From contig BTVI01000014.1 in assembly GCA_045862955.1 (NCBI GenBank), positions 1 to 64,000 on the forward strand: a stretch of 64,000 nucleotides of DNA, written 5' to 3'. Under the pieces are notes generated by a model. It was not told the origin of the DNA. It worked only from the letters and a program-made list of their open reading frames with translations, and did no database searches. This document shows, piece after piece, positions 18,250 to 28,301 of this stretch (position 1 is the stretch's first letter; each line of letters opens with the position of its first letter). Both the position numbers and the translations under genes were made by a program. The stretch is from Fimbriimonadales bacterium (GTDB lineage: Bacteria; Armatimonadota; Fimbriimonadia; Fimbriimonadales; JABRVX01).

Positions 18250-20274
18250 ATGCTCGGCTCGTGCCGCGAGCCGGCCCCACCGCCGCCTCGTTGCGCGGTA
18301 GCGGGTCTCTGTATAGTTCTGGGTTTCTTGCTGTGTGCTGCGCCCATGGCTGCGGGCTCAGCCCACCCGCAGGATGCTATTCGCAATCGTACGGTTCCAG
18401 CCGTGCGCGTAGACTCGCCCCCCGTTATTGACGGCATCCTCGACGATCCCTGCTGGTCCACGCTCCCAGAAGTCTCCGGCTTCACGGACGAGGCACTCGG
18501 TACGCCGGTCGCAGACGACACCATCGTCCGAATCGGCTACGACGATGTAGCCATCTATGTGGCCTTTCGGTGTTTGGATAGCCGCCCGGAGCAGATCGTC
18601 GCTCGCGAGCGCAAGCGCGGCGTTCGTTTCCGCGGTGAAGACCGAGTTCGCATCTATCTCAACCCTTTCAACAACAAACGTTGGGAAGACGAGAGCATGC
18701 TGGACGTCAACCCGCTCGGAACGCAATTCGCGCGCTTCGCCGGAGGGCGCGCTGGCAAGCTGGAATGGGAAGGTGCTTGGCAGAGCGCCGCAAGGGTCGA
18801 CGAAAATGGATGGACGGTGGAAGTGGCCGTGCCTTGGGCCGACTTCGCTCGTCCGCCGGCCGACGGGAAGCCCCGCAACCTGGGTATCAACTTCGAGCGC
18901 TATCAGGCACGAACGCAGACCCGATCCTATTGGAGCAACTTGGGCCCGCAGGCGAGAGTCGAGTACTCAGGTGAATGGGTCGGCGTGGTACTGCCCCCCG
19001 AGAGCGGTGTGCAGCGCCTGTCGCTCCTAGCATACGCTTTCGGCGGCGTCTCGGAGGGTGACGTCGTCAAGCAGGCGGGCGTGGACGCGCGCTACCGGTT
19101 TACCCCCCTGCAGACCGGAGTGGTCTCCCTCAATCCCGACTTCTCCGATGTGGAAGGCGCGGTCACCAGCGTGGACTTCTCCTACTCCGAAGTGATCGCC
19201 GACGAGAGCCGGCCGTTCTTCCTCGAGGGTGCCGCCTACTACCGCACCGCGGACTATCGAACCAACTCTTTCTATCCGATTCGAATCCCTGCATTCGACT
19301 TCGGCGCCAAGTTCTACGGCAAGACCAACGGCACGGACATTGGCCTCCTGGCCACGCACCGCTTCGACGGGAGGACCGATGCCGTCGTCAACCTCGTGAG
19401 CCGGACCAACCCGTTCGACTCCTATGGCCTGCAAGTCGTGGGGCTCGATGGCGACGGCCAACGCAATCTAGTGGTTCAGGGCACCGCCCGGATCCGTAGA
19501 GGAGATTGGAGCTTCAGCGGGGCCTATGCGATGTCGGACGATCTCACCGGACCAGGAGAGAGCGCACGCATCGGCGTCTTTTGGGTGCCGGAGCGTTGGT
19601 TCGTGGGTGCCAGCTACGCGCTGACCAGTCCAGGGTACCTACCGCGAAACGGCTACGTGCCGTTCACGGACGAGAGAGGTGTCAGTCTTAGCGCGGGATA
19701 CAACGGGGACTGGCGCAGCGGTCCCATACGCTCGATCGAGTGGTCGCTCGACGCCAATCGGTTCGAGCGGTACGATGGCAGCTTGTTTCGCCAAGGTGTG
19801 ACTTCGTCGGTCGAGTTGAGGACGAACGACCTCTCGATCTACGCCCATCTGCTCGCAAGTCGCTTCGAGGACAACGACGATCTTGTCGCAGCAATCGGTT
19901 TCGGCTATCCCGCGCTCGATCGCTTCCGGAACGTCGGAATCGGAATACGCCAAGGGCGTCTGGCAGGACTCGACTACCTAGCCATCACTCCCTCGGTCAA
20001 GTGGCAGTTCGGAGGCAGGCTGAACGTCAGTCTTACCAGCGAGTGGGTGCGGATCGGAGGCACTCGCAGGCAGGATGTGCTGGGTGTAGCCTACGACTTC
20101 GCACCGGACCGCGGGATCGGTGGCCGACTGGTGCGTCGAGACAGCTCCGTGAACTGGTATCTCAGCTATCGCAAATCGGGATACGGCGGCCTCGAGATGT
20201 TCGTGATCTTGGGAGACCCCAATGCAGACAACTTCGCGGAGCGCCTCGTCTTCAAGGTGGTTCAGGAGTTTTGA
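18250..20274 (+). CDS. CBM9-like sugar-binding domain plus outer-membrane barrel (DUF5916-like)
   Basis: PPVIDGILDD..W, GYDD..IYVAF, GWTVEVAVPW, LNPDFSDVE..ESRPFFLEG; ends in F; start uncertain. Confidence 0.78.
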   Translation: MLGSCREPAPPPPRCAVAGLCIVLGFLLCAAPMAAGSAHPQDAIRNRTVPAVRVDSPPVIDGILDDPCWSTLPEVSGFTDEALGTPVADDTIVRIGYDDVAIYVAFRCLDSRPEQIVARERKRGVRFRGEDRVRIYLNPFNNKRWEDESMLDVNPLGTQFARFAGGRAGKLEWEGAWQSAARVDENGWTVEVAVPWADFARPPADGKPRNLGINFERYQARTQTRSYWSNLGPQARVEYSGEWVGVVLPPESGVQRLSLLAYAFGGVSEGDVVKQAGVDARYRFTPLQTGVVSLNPDFSDVEGAVTSVDFSYSEVIADESRPFFLEGAAYYRTADYRTNSFYPIRIPAFDFGAKFYGKTNGTDIGLLATHRFDGRTDAVVNLVSRTNPFDSYGLQVVGLDGDGQRNLVVQGTARIRRGDWSFSGAYAMSDDLTGPGESARIGVFWVPERWFVGASYALTSPGYLPRNGYVPFTDERGVSLSAGYNGDWRSGPIRSIEWSLDANRFERYDGSLFRQGVTSSVELRTNDLSIYAHLLASRFEDNDDLVAAIGFGYPALDRFRNVGIGIRQGRLAGLDYLAITPSVKWQFGGRLNVSLTSEWVRIGGTRRQDVLGVAYDFAPDRGIGGRLVRRDSSVNWYLSYRKSGYGGLEMFVILGDPNADNFAERLVFKVVQEF

Positions 20275-20280
20275 CGGCTG

Positions 20281-22689
20281 TCATGGCTTCGGCAGTGACC
20301 AGTCGCCGCCGAAGTAACCCGCTGCAAGCACAGCCTCGTCACCCTTCTGCAGCAGTTCGGGCCCGACGACGGCGTAGTCCGGCAAGGACACGCCACTCGT
20401 GAAGTATCTCGGTTCGAAGGTGCGGCGCATTGCGAGGGCGGAGGTCGCCCCGACCACCACCACCGAGTCCGCGTCCGTACCGTGGATCGGATAGACGAGC
20501 CACGCCGAGAGGTCGCCATCGAACCGCTGTTCGCCTACTTGCACCCTCCCCCGACGCACCGCTATCGGACAGTCTGCAAGCAGGTACCCGAAGGCGGAGT
20601 TCATGTCGGCGTGGCCGAACAGCACCACGTTCCGCCCTCGGTACTTCGCCGGCGTGAACGCCACGTCCGGAATCACCTCCACGTTTCCGTTGGCGCGATA
20701 CCACCACATCTGCTGGTCGAAGCGCACCTTGGCCAGGCACGCGGCGTTCTCTTCGGCCGTCCCGTGCGTGCCGTACACCCACACCATGCGGCGGGTGAAG
20801 CCGTACTTGAATGGTCCGCCCCGCAGGGGATGCTTCCGTGCCGTGTCGTGTTCCTCGACGATCCGCCAGCGCCCGCCCGCCCGTTCTAGCCGAATGGGCT
20901 GCGAGGCATCGGCCACGGCCAGACGCGTGCCATCCGCCACCACCGCTATACCGCCCGATAGGGAAAAACAGCGCGAGAAGTCCAGAGTGAGTGCAGCAGC
21001 GTTCTCGGTCTCCATTCGAACCTGCCTCAGGTCGCTCCGAAGCTCGGCACGCACCGACGTGATTTTGCCGCTCTCCTCTTGCCTCACCACGCTCAGCCAG
21101 AAGTGGTCGCACGACAGGGCCGGGTTCTGCGTGCGGAAGCTCAACTTCGTGGGTGCAGCCGGCCGTACGCGCCGCCCGAACCACTCGTTGCGTGGCGGAT
21201 AGTCGAGGCATTCTGCGCCGGGATGATCCGGCGTGTCGTACCAGTGTCCGGCATTCGGTTCCTCGTGAACACGCAGGTCCTCGTGAAACTCACCGAGGCG
21301 TGCAACCATCTCACGCATCTCGGAGATCGGGACGTTGTCGTCGGCGGTGCCATGAACCGCGAACACGGGCACATCCTCGAGGTTTCGGATTAGTGCAAGC
21401 GTGTCGCTCTCCAGTTTCGCGATCTCGAGTGCCGCTCTGGGGCCGGTAGTCTCCTTCGGCGCGGCGCCCCCGCCGTAGGAGAAGAAGCTGATCCAACCCG
21501 CCGATGGCCCGATGCCTGCCCAGAGCGACGGCAACATGGCACCGAGATACCACGTACCGTGACCGCCCATCGAATGGCCCACGAGGTAGATGCGGTTCGG
21601 GTCCACCTCGTGTGTAGCCCGGAAGTGCGCCAGTGTCTCGAGCGCGTCGATCAAGCCCCACTCCTGCCAATCGTGGCCGAAGGGCCGGCGGTTGGTCGGT
21701 GCCACGGTGTAGGCCGCCTCTTTGGAATAGTGGGCTCCGGCTTGTCCAATCGCCTCGACGCCGGCTCCATGGAGAGACAAGAACAGCGCGGCCTTCTCAC
21801 CACGCTTCAGTGCCGTCGGCTCGCGCACGGCGTAGTACTGGACTGAGCCATCGATCGCCGACTCACGGGTGACTCGGTACGCCTGTCCTGGTTTACGCAG
21901 ACCGACCTCCAGATCCCCTGTCGTCTCGGTCTTACCGTGTCGCAGCGTGACGGAGAGCTCGAGCGGCCCCTCGACGACCCGGGTGCGAAGAGCCGTGCGG
22001 AACGGGAGCTTGATAAGGCCGAGGGGTACGATCTCGGGGACGTGCACTCTCCGCTTCTCGAAGACCTTTCCATCGCCGACTTCCAACACCGCGCCGCGCA
22101 GGGGCTCGCTGAGGTGGTTGAGGACCACCACCGCACACAGCGCCTGTTCTCCCGCTCGCCCTTCCATGTCGGGGACAAGCGCGTCTCGGAGGTTGAGAGA
22201 GCACGACCCGTGCGCATCCACGAGCGACACCGAGAACCCGCCTCGCGCACAGCGCAGTAGCAGCCGGTTCTCGCCTTTCCGCAGCGCTATCGGCACGCGC
22301 AAGTAGCCGTGCGAGTAAGGATCGCCGACGAACGGCACGCCGTTCACGAACCCGTAGCTGAAACCCGTTCCGCTCAGAACGGCCGTACCCTCTGCCTGCG
22401 CCGGTATGGTCGCGGCGGCCCATCCGTTCCGCGTGAACGCGTGCTCTACCCGGCCTTCCTTGTCAGCCGCTACCTCGGTCACCCAGTCGGGCCTGAAATC
22501 CGGCTCCTTCGCAATCTGCTCCAGCACCGGGTCGGGGACGAATGGCACTCGGCCTCCCGGAAGCGTGTGTGGCGTGAGCTTCCATGTGAGCCCCGCCGTG
22601 CTGAAGCCCTCTGGCAGCACCTGCGCTACCGAGAGGACCGCCGCAAGAGTCACTGCCAGTGCGATTCCCGACCTGATTCCTGCTCTCAT
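20281..22689 (-). CDS. Secreted alpha/beta-hydrolase (prolyl oligopeptidase/esterase-like)
   Basis: LSLHGAGV, RIYLVGHSMGGHG nucleophile elbow, VHGTADDNVP, GHWY; signal peptide from MRAGIRSG. Confidence 0.82.
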   Translation of the reverse strand: MRAGIRSGIALAVTLAAVLSVAQVLPEGFSTAGLTWKLTPHTLPGGRVPFVPDPVLEQIAKEPDFRPDWVTEVAADKEGRVEHAFTRNGWAAATIPAQAEGTAVLSGTGFSYGFVNGVPFVGDPYSHGYLRVPIALRKGENRLLLRCARGGFSVSLVDAHGSCSLNLRDALVPDMEGRAGEQALCAVVVLNHLSEPLRGAVLEVGDGKVFEKRRVHVPEIVPLGLIKLPFRTALRTRVVEGPLELSVTLRHGKTETTGDLEVGLRKPGQAYRVTRESAIDGSVQYYAVREPTALKRGEKAALFLSLHGAGVEAIGQAGAHYSKEAAYTVAPTNRRPFGHDWQEWGLIDALETLAHFRATHEVDPNRIYLVGHSMGGHGTWYLGAMLPSLWAGIGPSAGWISFFSYGGGAAPKETTGPRAALEIAKLESDTLALIRNLEDVPVFAVHGTADDNVPISEMREMVARLGEFHEDLRVHEEPNAGHWYDTPDHPGAECLDYPPRNEWFGRRVRPAAPTKLSFRTQNPALSCDHFWLSVVRQEESGKITSVRAELRSDLRQVRMETENAAALTLDFSRCFSLSGGIAVVADGTRLAVADASQPIRLERAGGRWRIVEEHDTARKHPLRGGPFKYGFTRRMVWVYGTHGTAEENAACLAKVRFDQQMWWYRANGNVEVIPDVAFTPAKYRGRNVVLFGHADMNSAFGYLLADCPIAVRRGRVQVGEQRFDGDLSAWLVYPIHGTDADSVVVVGATSALAMRRTFEPRYFTSGVSLPDYAVVGPELLQKGDEAVLAAGYFGGDWSLPKP

Positions 22690-22779
22690 GACCAATGGGC
22701 TTCGCCGCCGAGTCCCCGCATCTTGCCAAGAAACCGAAACCGCTGTAGAATGAGACGAGCACGCCACGGACGGCACAGA

Positions 22780-24483
22780 ATGCATCGCACCCGACACACC
22801 TCGAGGAAGAGCCGACGCCTGCTAGTACACGCCTTCCTCGCTTCGCTCCCGCTCTGGTCCGCCGGTGCCTCCGCAGACGGTTGGTGCGTGGCAATAGGGA
22901 AGACCCCCTCCAGAAACGGCGCGTCGTCCGTCGTGGGACCGATGACAGGCGAGCTGCTCTGGTCCGGCGGACGCGACAGCATCTTCGGCGATCAGCCCGT
23001 GTGTGCCGATGGGCTTCTCGTCAGCACCCGCGTGGTAGGTTGGGATGCGATCTGGGACTCCCTTATCGTTGCGCAAGACCTGATGACTGGTGCAGAGCGG
23101 TGGACCACGGTTCTTCCTGTCTTGTCCACCGACCCTGGCCGCAGTCGCGTGACGGGGTTTCGAGATGGACGGGTGTACGTAACCCGGGCGGCAGGTGCGA
23201 ACAAGCCGGACTACTTGTTCGCCCTGGACCCGACCGATGGTTCGGAGATTTGGCGCTCGGAGGAGGTGATTGCCGAGGCGTGGGGCGAAAGCATCGGCTT
23301 CACCGAAGACGGCGACATCCTTGCCCGCTCTCCCTCAGGGCTCATGCGCATCAACGGAGCGACGGGTGCAACCGTCTGGGCCGCATCGCTCAGCATTCCA
23401 GAGGGCTCGTGTGGCGCGGCCACGTTCGGGCAGCGCGCGTACGTGTGGGAGCGGCTTTCCAACGGCACCAGGCTGTGCGCTCTGGACCTCTCGACGGGGG
23501 CGAAGCTTTACGCAAGCCCCGTATTGGGATCCGGCAGCATCCAGCAGGTTGCGCCGTTCGTAGGTCCGGACGGGACGGTGTACGCTCCCCGCTCGGGGGG
23601 CGACGCTTCCACCAACTACCTGGCGGCGTATAAGGACACTGGTTCCGCACTTGTCGAGAAGTGGCGTTCGCCGCTCGGCTTCGTCCCATTCGCGTCCTTC
23701 GCCGTCGGCGCCGATGGCAGCGTCTACAGCTATGCGACGACCCGATCCGGCTCCACCGCTACTTTGCGGCTTCTCAAGCTAGACCCAGCAACCGGTTCGG
23801 TGCTCATCCAGTCCCCTGCACTCACCTCCGACTACCCCGTGCAGCCCAAGCTGGCACTGGACTGCCAAGGCAAGCCGTTCGTGACGAACGGAGGCTATGA
23901 CCGGGGCAGGCTGTTCGCGCTCGCGCCAGACCTAACTCTGATGTGGTCCGTTGCCCTTCCGGATATCGGTAAGGGCGGCCCCCTCCTCGTCGGCGACGGT
24001 GTGCTGGTCGTCGCGGGCTCCGGCTCTGACGTTCGGGCCTATCGAGGCGCCGCCGCGGTTGTCGGCGGCACGGTAGGCCTGCAACAGCGTGCAGCCGTCG
24101 CCGGCATGCAGTCGACCCTGGAGTTCCGCGAACCCGGCACGCTCAACCTCCTCCATAGCTGCCCGATCACCCTCGATGCCTACGGAGCGTTCTCTGGTTG
24201 TGAGGTGCCTCCCGGTACCTATGACTTGGCCCTTCGTTTTCCCCACTTCCTGCGAAGTGTCAGACCCTCTGTCGCGCTCGATCCAGGACCCAACGCCGTT
24301 AGCTTTTACCTGCTGAACGGCGACGTGGACGACAACAACGCCGTCGGCCTCGGCGACCTCAACATGGTTTTGCTCCGTTTCTCCACCTCCGATCCCGCTG
24401 CAGATCGAGACGGTGACGGCATCGTCGGCATCTCGGACATGAACCTCGTGCTGCTGAACTTCGGCCTCTTCGGCGCCCCCTGA
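22780..24483 (+). CDS. Secreted PQQ-like beta-propeller protein with C-terminal dockerin-like module
   Basis: Blades DLMTGAERW, ALDPTDGSEIW, ALDLSTGAKLY; C-terminus NGDVDDNNAVGLGDLN..ADRDGDGIVGISDMN; start could be 22750. Confidence 0.75.
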   Translation: MHRTRHTSRKSRRLLVHAFLASLPLWSAGASADGWCVAIGKTPSRNGASSVVGPMTGELLWSGGRDSIFGDQPVCADGLLVSTRVVGWDAIWDSLIVAQDLMTGAERWTTVLPVLSTDPGRSRVTGFRDGRVYVTRAAGANKPDYLFALDPTDGSEIWRSEEVIAEAWGESIGFTEDGDILARSPSGLMRINGATGATVWAASLSIPEGSCGAATFGQRAYVWERLSNGTRLCALDLSTGAKLYASPVLGSGSIQQVAPFVGPDGTVYAPRSGGDASTNYLAAYKDTGSALVEKWRSPLGFVPFASFAVGADGSVYSYATTRSGSTATLRLLKLDPATGSVLIQSPALTSDYPVQPKLALDCQGKPFVTNGGYDRGRLFALAPDLTLMWSVALPDIGKGGPLLVGDGVLVVAGSGSDVRAYRGAAAVVGGTVGLQQRAAVAGMQSTLEFREPGTLNLLHSCPITLDAYGAFSGCEVPPGTYDLALRFPHFLRSVRPSVALDPGPNAVSFYLLNGDVDDNNAVGLGDLNMVLLRFSTSDPAADRDGDGIVGISDMNLVLLNFGLFGAP

Positions 24484-24544
24484 GGCCTTTCGCAACCCAG
24501 CGAGGCGTCCAGTCGGTACTATCTGCAACAACAAGGAGGCAGCG

Positions 24545-26035
24545 ATGTTCACCTATCTCTCGGAGTTCTTCTGGCTAGCGGTTCTCGCACTCGTTTCGCT
24601 GCTCGCATGCGGATGCGCCGGTGCTAAGCAGGACCCTGTCGTCGGCTACTGGGAGGGAACTCTCGCAGTGCCTGGCGGACAGCAGTTGCGGCTAGGCCTG
24701 CACGTGGCCAAACTCGAGGGTGGAGGCTACTCTGCTAAGCTCGACAGCCTGGATCAGGGCGCGTTCGGCCTCGGGGTCGACCAGTTCACCTTCGAGTCGG
24801 GCAAGGTGACGTTCGAGATGAAGACCCTCGGGGCCCAGTTCGAAGGCACGATGGCGGAAGATCAGCAGTCCATCGTCGGCAAGTTCCGGCAGTCCGGTCT
24901 CACGATGGACCTGACGCTAGCGAAGAAGGAGAAACCTGCAACTTCGCAGCGTCCTCAAGAGCCGAAGCCGCCTTATCCCTACCTCGTCGAGGACGTACAG
25001 TTCCGAAACGAGAGGGCGGATATCTTACTTGCGGGCACGGTCACCATACCCCGAGGCGCAGGGCCCTTTCCTGGAATCGTGCTGGTGTCCGGCTCGGGCC
25101 CGCAGGACCGTAACGAGGCGCTACTCGGGCACAAGCCCTTCCTGGTGCTGGCTGACCACCTAACTCGCCGTGGCATCGCCGTCCTCCGCTTCGACGACCG
25201 GGGCGTCGGGAAGTCCGAGGGCAACTTCGCGACTGCCACCTCCGAGGATTTCGTTACGGACGCGATTGCCGCTGTGGAGTTCCTGCGAACGCGGTCGGGA
25301 GTGGACCCCAATCTGGTCGGCATCGCTGGGCACAGCGAGGGAGGCCTGGTTGCTCCCATCGCGGCGGTCCGATCCCCCAACGTTGCGTTCATCGTGCTGC
25401 TCGCCGGAACCGGGGTCGTGGGGGAGGAGATCCTCTACCTGCAGGCCGAGCTGATTTCCCGTGCCGAGGGCGCGACAGACCAGGAGATCGCTGAAGGTCG
25501 TCGCGCGCAAGAACGCATTTTCGAGATCGTGAAGCTGGACGTGACCCCAGCAGAACGGGAGCGCCGGCTTCAGGCGCTGGCATCCGAGTTGGTCACTTCT
25601 CTCTCCGAGCGGCAGAGAAAGGCGCTCGGCGGCAACGAAGAAGCCTACATCCAGAGCCAGATTCGCATGGTCAGTTCCCCGTGGTTTCGGTACTTTCTAA
25701 CCTACGACCCTGCGCCGACCCTTCGAAAAGTGCGCGTACCGGTGCTCGCCATCAACGGAGAGCTGGACCTTCAGGTGCCCGCAAAGGTGAACCTGGGTGC
25801 AATCGAGCGAGCGCTCGAAGAAGGCGGCAACCGGAACTACGAGGTGCACGAGCTGAAGGGGCTGAATCACCTCTTTCAGACGGCCAAGACCGGCTCGCCG
25901 ACCGAGTACGCAACCATTCAGGAGACCATGTCGCCCACCGCCATGGAGCTGATCGCGGACTGGGTGCTTCGGCTCCGGGGGACCGCAAAGACCTCGCCAC
26001 AGGCCACATTCCGCCAGAGGCCCGGCGGCCGCTGA
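24545..26035 (+). CDS. Alpha/beta-hydrolase, probable lipoprotein
   Basis: LLACGC lipobox-like, VSGSGPQDRNE, RFDDRGVG, GHSEGG, NGELDLQV, LNHLFQ. Confidence 0.88.
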   Translation: MFTYLSEFFWLAVLALVSLLACGCAGAKQDPVVGYWEGTLAVPGGQQLRLGLHVAKLEGGGYSAKLDSLDQGAFGLGVDQFTFESGKVTFEMKTLGAQFEGTMAEDQQSIVGKFRQSGLTMDLTLAKKEKPATSQRPQEPKPPYPYLVEDVQFRNERADILLAGTVTIPRGAGPFPGIVLVSGSGPQDRNEALLGHKPFLVLADHLTRRGIAVLRFDDRGVGKSEGNFATATSEDFVTDAIAAVEFLRTRSGVDPNLVGIAGHSEGGLVAPIAAVRSPNVAFIVLLAGTGVVGEEILYLQAELISRAEGATDQEIAEGRRAQERIFEIVKLDVTPAERERRLQALASELVTSLSERQRKALGGNEEAYIQSQIRMVSSPWFRYFLTYDPAPTLRKVRVPVLAINGELDLQVPAKVNLGAIERALEEGGNRNYEVHELKGLNHLFQTAKTGSPTEYATIQETMSPTAMELIADWVLRLRGTAKTSPQATFRQRPGGR

Positions 26036-26050
26036 CCTCGACGCAAGCCA

Positions 26051-26121
26051 GCCCCGGCGCGGTCCTCGGGTTGGCGGCACGCGACTGGCTGGCGCAGGGC
26101 GGCGGACGCGGGCCGGGGCAT
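26051..26121. repeat. Short copy of dispersed inverted-end element (GCCCCGGCGCGGTCC...GGACGCGGGCCGGGGCAT)
   Basis: Same termini at 44146/44437, 56874 and 60239. Confidence 0.75.
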
Positions 26122-26268
26122 GGAGGCTCTCTCGACAGGCACCTCGGCGGGAATCCGGCAGTCCCCTCCCTTGCCCCGGAGCATCCCCTGGTTTCGCGGC
26201 GGACGGAGGGGACACAGCGGATGGCTACGCTGGCCGGATGATTTCCGAAGTACGGGGCAACGAGGAGG

Positions 26269-26391
26269 CTAAGTCTTCTTCCTGCGTGAGGTGGCGGGTT
26301 TCGGCGCGTGCACCTCGGGCTTCGCCTTTGCGCGTGCAGCCTTCTCCAGCCTGTGGCGGCGGCGCCGAAGCTCTTTGTTTCGGATGCGCAT
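26269..26391 (-). CDS. Small basic protein, 40 aa (MRIRNKELRRRRHRLEKAARAKAKPEVHAPKPATSRRKKT)
   Basis: Translated by hand (not in the ORF track); ATG with GGGAG upstream; lies directly after the heptose kinase on the same strand. Confidence 0.65.
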   Translation of the reverse strand: MRIRNKELRRRRHRLEKAARAKAKPEVHAPKPATSRRKKT

Positions 26392-26424
26392 GGGTTACGA
26401 CACTCCCTGGTTAGTCTCGGCGCA

Positions 26425-27402
26425 TTATACCGACAGGTCGGCAGAGCGTGCGAGCGACACCACCTCCTCGGGGCTCGGCACCACGACCCCTACGTGCCGA
26501 ACCACGCAACCGGCGGCCACGCTCGCGATCCTCGCCGCTGTCAGGACATTCAGCCCGGCTGCCAAGCCGAGGCCGATGGTGGCGATCACCGTGTCCCCCG
26601 CGCCTGCCGTGTCGTACACCTCCACCCGCAGCGCGGGCACGTGGGCTTGCACCGTCCCGCAGAGGTACATACCCTCCTCCCCCAAGGTGATCAGCCCCTG
26701 ACCGATCCCGTGCTCAGCGAGTCTGGACTCGGTGAGCGCGATCAACTCACTCAATTCGAGTTCGTCTGCCCCTACGTACTCGCCGGCCTCCGCTCGATTC
26801 ACCGATACCAGGCTTGCACCACCCAGCCAGGGCAGGGAAGGCGGCTTGGGATTGGCGACGCAGGGGATGCCCCTGTCCCTTGCAGCGGCCACGCATGATT
26901 GCAGTCGCTCTCTACTCAGGCACCCCTTGCGGTAGTCGGAAAGCACGACCGCGTCGGACCGCTGGATGGCAGCCGCAGCCCTCTCGCCGAGCCGCTCTGC
27001 GGTCGGTGGCGTCAGATCGTGGCGTTCCTCCCAGTCCACGCGGATCACCTGCTGGTGCTGAGCGATGATGCGGGTCTTTCGCGTTGTCAGGCGGTCGGTT
27101 GCCGTCACCACGTACGAGGTATCCACACCGATTTCAGCTAGGCAGCCCAGGAGCGCCTCTCCCGGCTCGTCTGACCCCGTGACCCCGACGAGCAGTGCCC
27201 GTCCGCCGAGTGCCTGCACGTTGTGCGCGACGTTAGCGGCACCACCCGGCACGCGCCCGTTTCTCTGTGCCTCCAAGACCATCACCGGGGCTTCCGGGCT
27301 GATACGCGCGGCGCGTCCCCACACGTACTCGTCCAGCATGAGATCGCCGATGACGCAGACGGTCTTACCTTTAAAGGAACCCAGTGCTTGCTCGAGACTC
27401 AC
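26425..27402 (-). CDS. rfaE1: D-glycero-D-manno-heptose-7-phosphate kinase (RfaE domain I, PfkB family)
   Basis: IGDLMLDEYVWG..RISPEAPV, GGAANVA, LSDYRKG, DTAGAGDTV. Confidence 0.9.
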   Translation of the reverse strand: MSLEQALGSFKGKTVCVIGDLMLDEYVWGRAARISPEAPVMVLEAQRNGRVPGGAANVAHNVQALGGRALLVGVTGSDEPGEALLGCLAEIGVDTSYVVTATDRLTTRKTRIIAQHQQVIRVDWEERHDLTPPTAERLGERAAAAIQRSDAVVLSDYRKGCLSRERLQSCVAAARDRGIPCVANPKPPSLPWLGGASLVSVNRAEAGEYVGADELELSELIALTESRLAEHGIGQGLITLGEEGMYLCGTVQAHVPALRVEVYDTAGAGDTVIATIGLGLAAGLNVLTAARIASVAAGCVVRHVGVVVPSPEEVVSLARSADLSV

Positions 27403-27404
27403 TA

Positions 27405-27677
27405 CTACTCCACGCTGAACCAGCTGAACTCGGGTTCACCCTCTTCTATGGTCCACTCCACCCGCTCGACGCTCGCGAACGATGGTCCTTGCTGAAGCGC
27501 GGCAACCAACTCACGGAGGCGCTCCTCTGGTCCCTCGGCGACTACCGCAACCGATCCGTCTTCGAGGTTCTTAGCGAACCCCGTCAGCTTCAGGCGGTCC
27601 GCAGCGCGGGCCACGAACGCACGGTACCCCACCCCCTGCACCCTACCGAATGCCACTGCCTTCAGCCGGCTGGTCAA
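27405..27677 (-). CDS. acyP: Acylphosphatase
   Basis: GRVQGVGYR, GFAKNLEDGSV; TTG start overlapping the upstream TGA. Confidence 0.92.
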   Translation of the reverse strand: MTSRLKAVAFGRVQGVGYRAFVARAADRLKLTGFAKNLEDGSVAVVAEGPEERLRELVAALQQGPSFASVERVEWTIEEGEPEFSWFSVE

Positions 27678-28294
27678 CGTGGCCCGTCGCCTCCTGCCGA
27701 GCCTCGTGGAATGGTGTGCACTCGGCCCAACACGCGCGCAGCGAGAATCATCTGTGAACAGCGCTCCAGCACTTCCATGCGATTGTACGCTTCTTTGATG
27801 CTGCCGCCGAGGGTCAGTGCGCCGTGGTGGGACATAAGGAATACGTTGTGCGAGGGGAGGTATGGCTTGATCCTGTCGGCAAGCTGCGTGGTGCCCGGCG
27901 GGGCGTAGGGAACCAGAGCCACCTCTCCCAGCACCAGATCGGCCTCGGTGATGACGCCGTTCGGAAGCGTTTCGCCTGCAATACTGAACCCGGTAGCCGT
28001 GGGCGGATGAGCGTGAACTGCGGCCATCACGTCCTCGCGCGCCTCGTAAACGGCGAGGTGCAGAGGCAGCTCCGAGGTGGGAGAGCCACCAGAGACCCAC
28101 CGGTTCCGGACGTCGACGATCACCAGGGATTCCGGTCTCATGTCCACCTTGTGTACGTTCGCCGGAGAGACGAGAACCCGATTCGCATCGAGGCGGGCCG
28201 ACAGATTGCCTTCGAACGCACCGACCAGGCCGCAGTTCCAAAGCATGCGCCCGCACTCGCTCAACTGCTCTCGTAACTCGCGTTCCGTCGGCAC
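27674..28294 (-). CDS. Class II aldolase/adducin family protein
   Basis: GNLSAR, PTSELPLH, VHAHP, HHG zinc ligands. Confidence 0.9.
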   Translation of the reverse strand: MPTERELREQLSECGRMLWNCGLVGAFEGNLSARLDANRVLVSPANVHKVDMRPESLVIVDVRNRWVSGGSPTSELPLHLAVYEAREDVMAAVHAHPPTATGFSIAGETLPNGVITEADLVLGEVALVPYAPPGTTQLADRIKPYLPSHNVFLMSHHGALTLGGSIKEAYNRMEVLERCSQMILAARVLGRVHTIPRGSAGGDGPR

Positions 28295-28301
28295 TTTGCC
28301 C

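Noticed and set aside
22309..22797. Apparent 490-bp overlap of two divergent long ORFs
   Set aside because: Resolved by later starts at 22689 (minus) and about 22750-22780 (plus)
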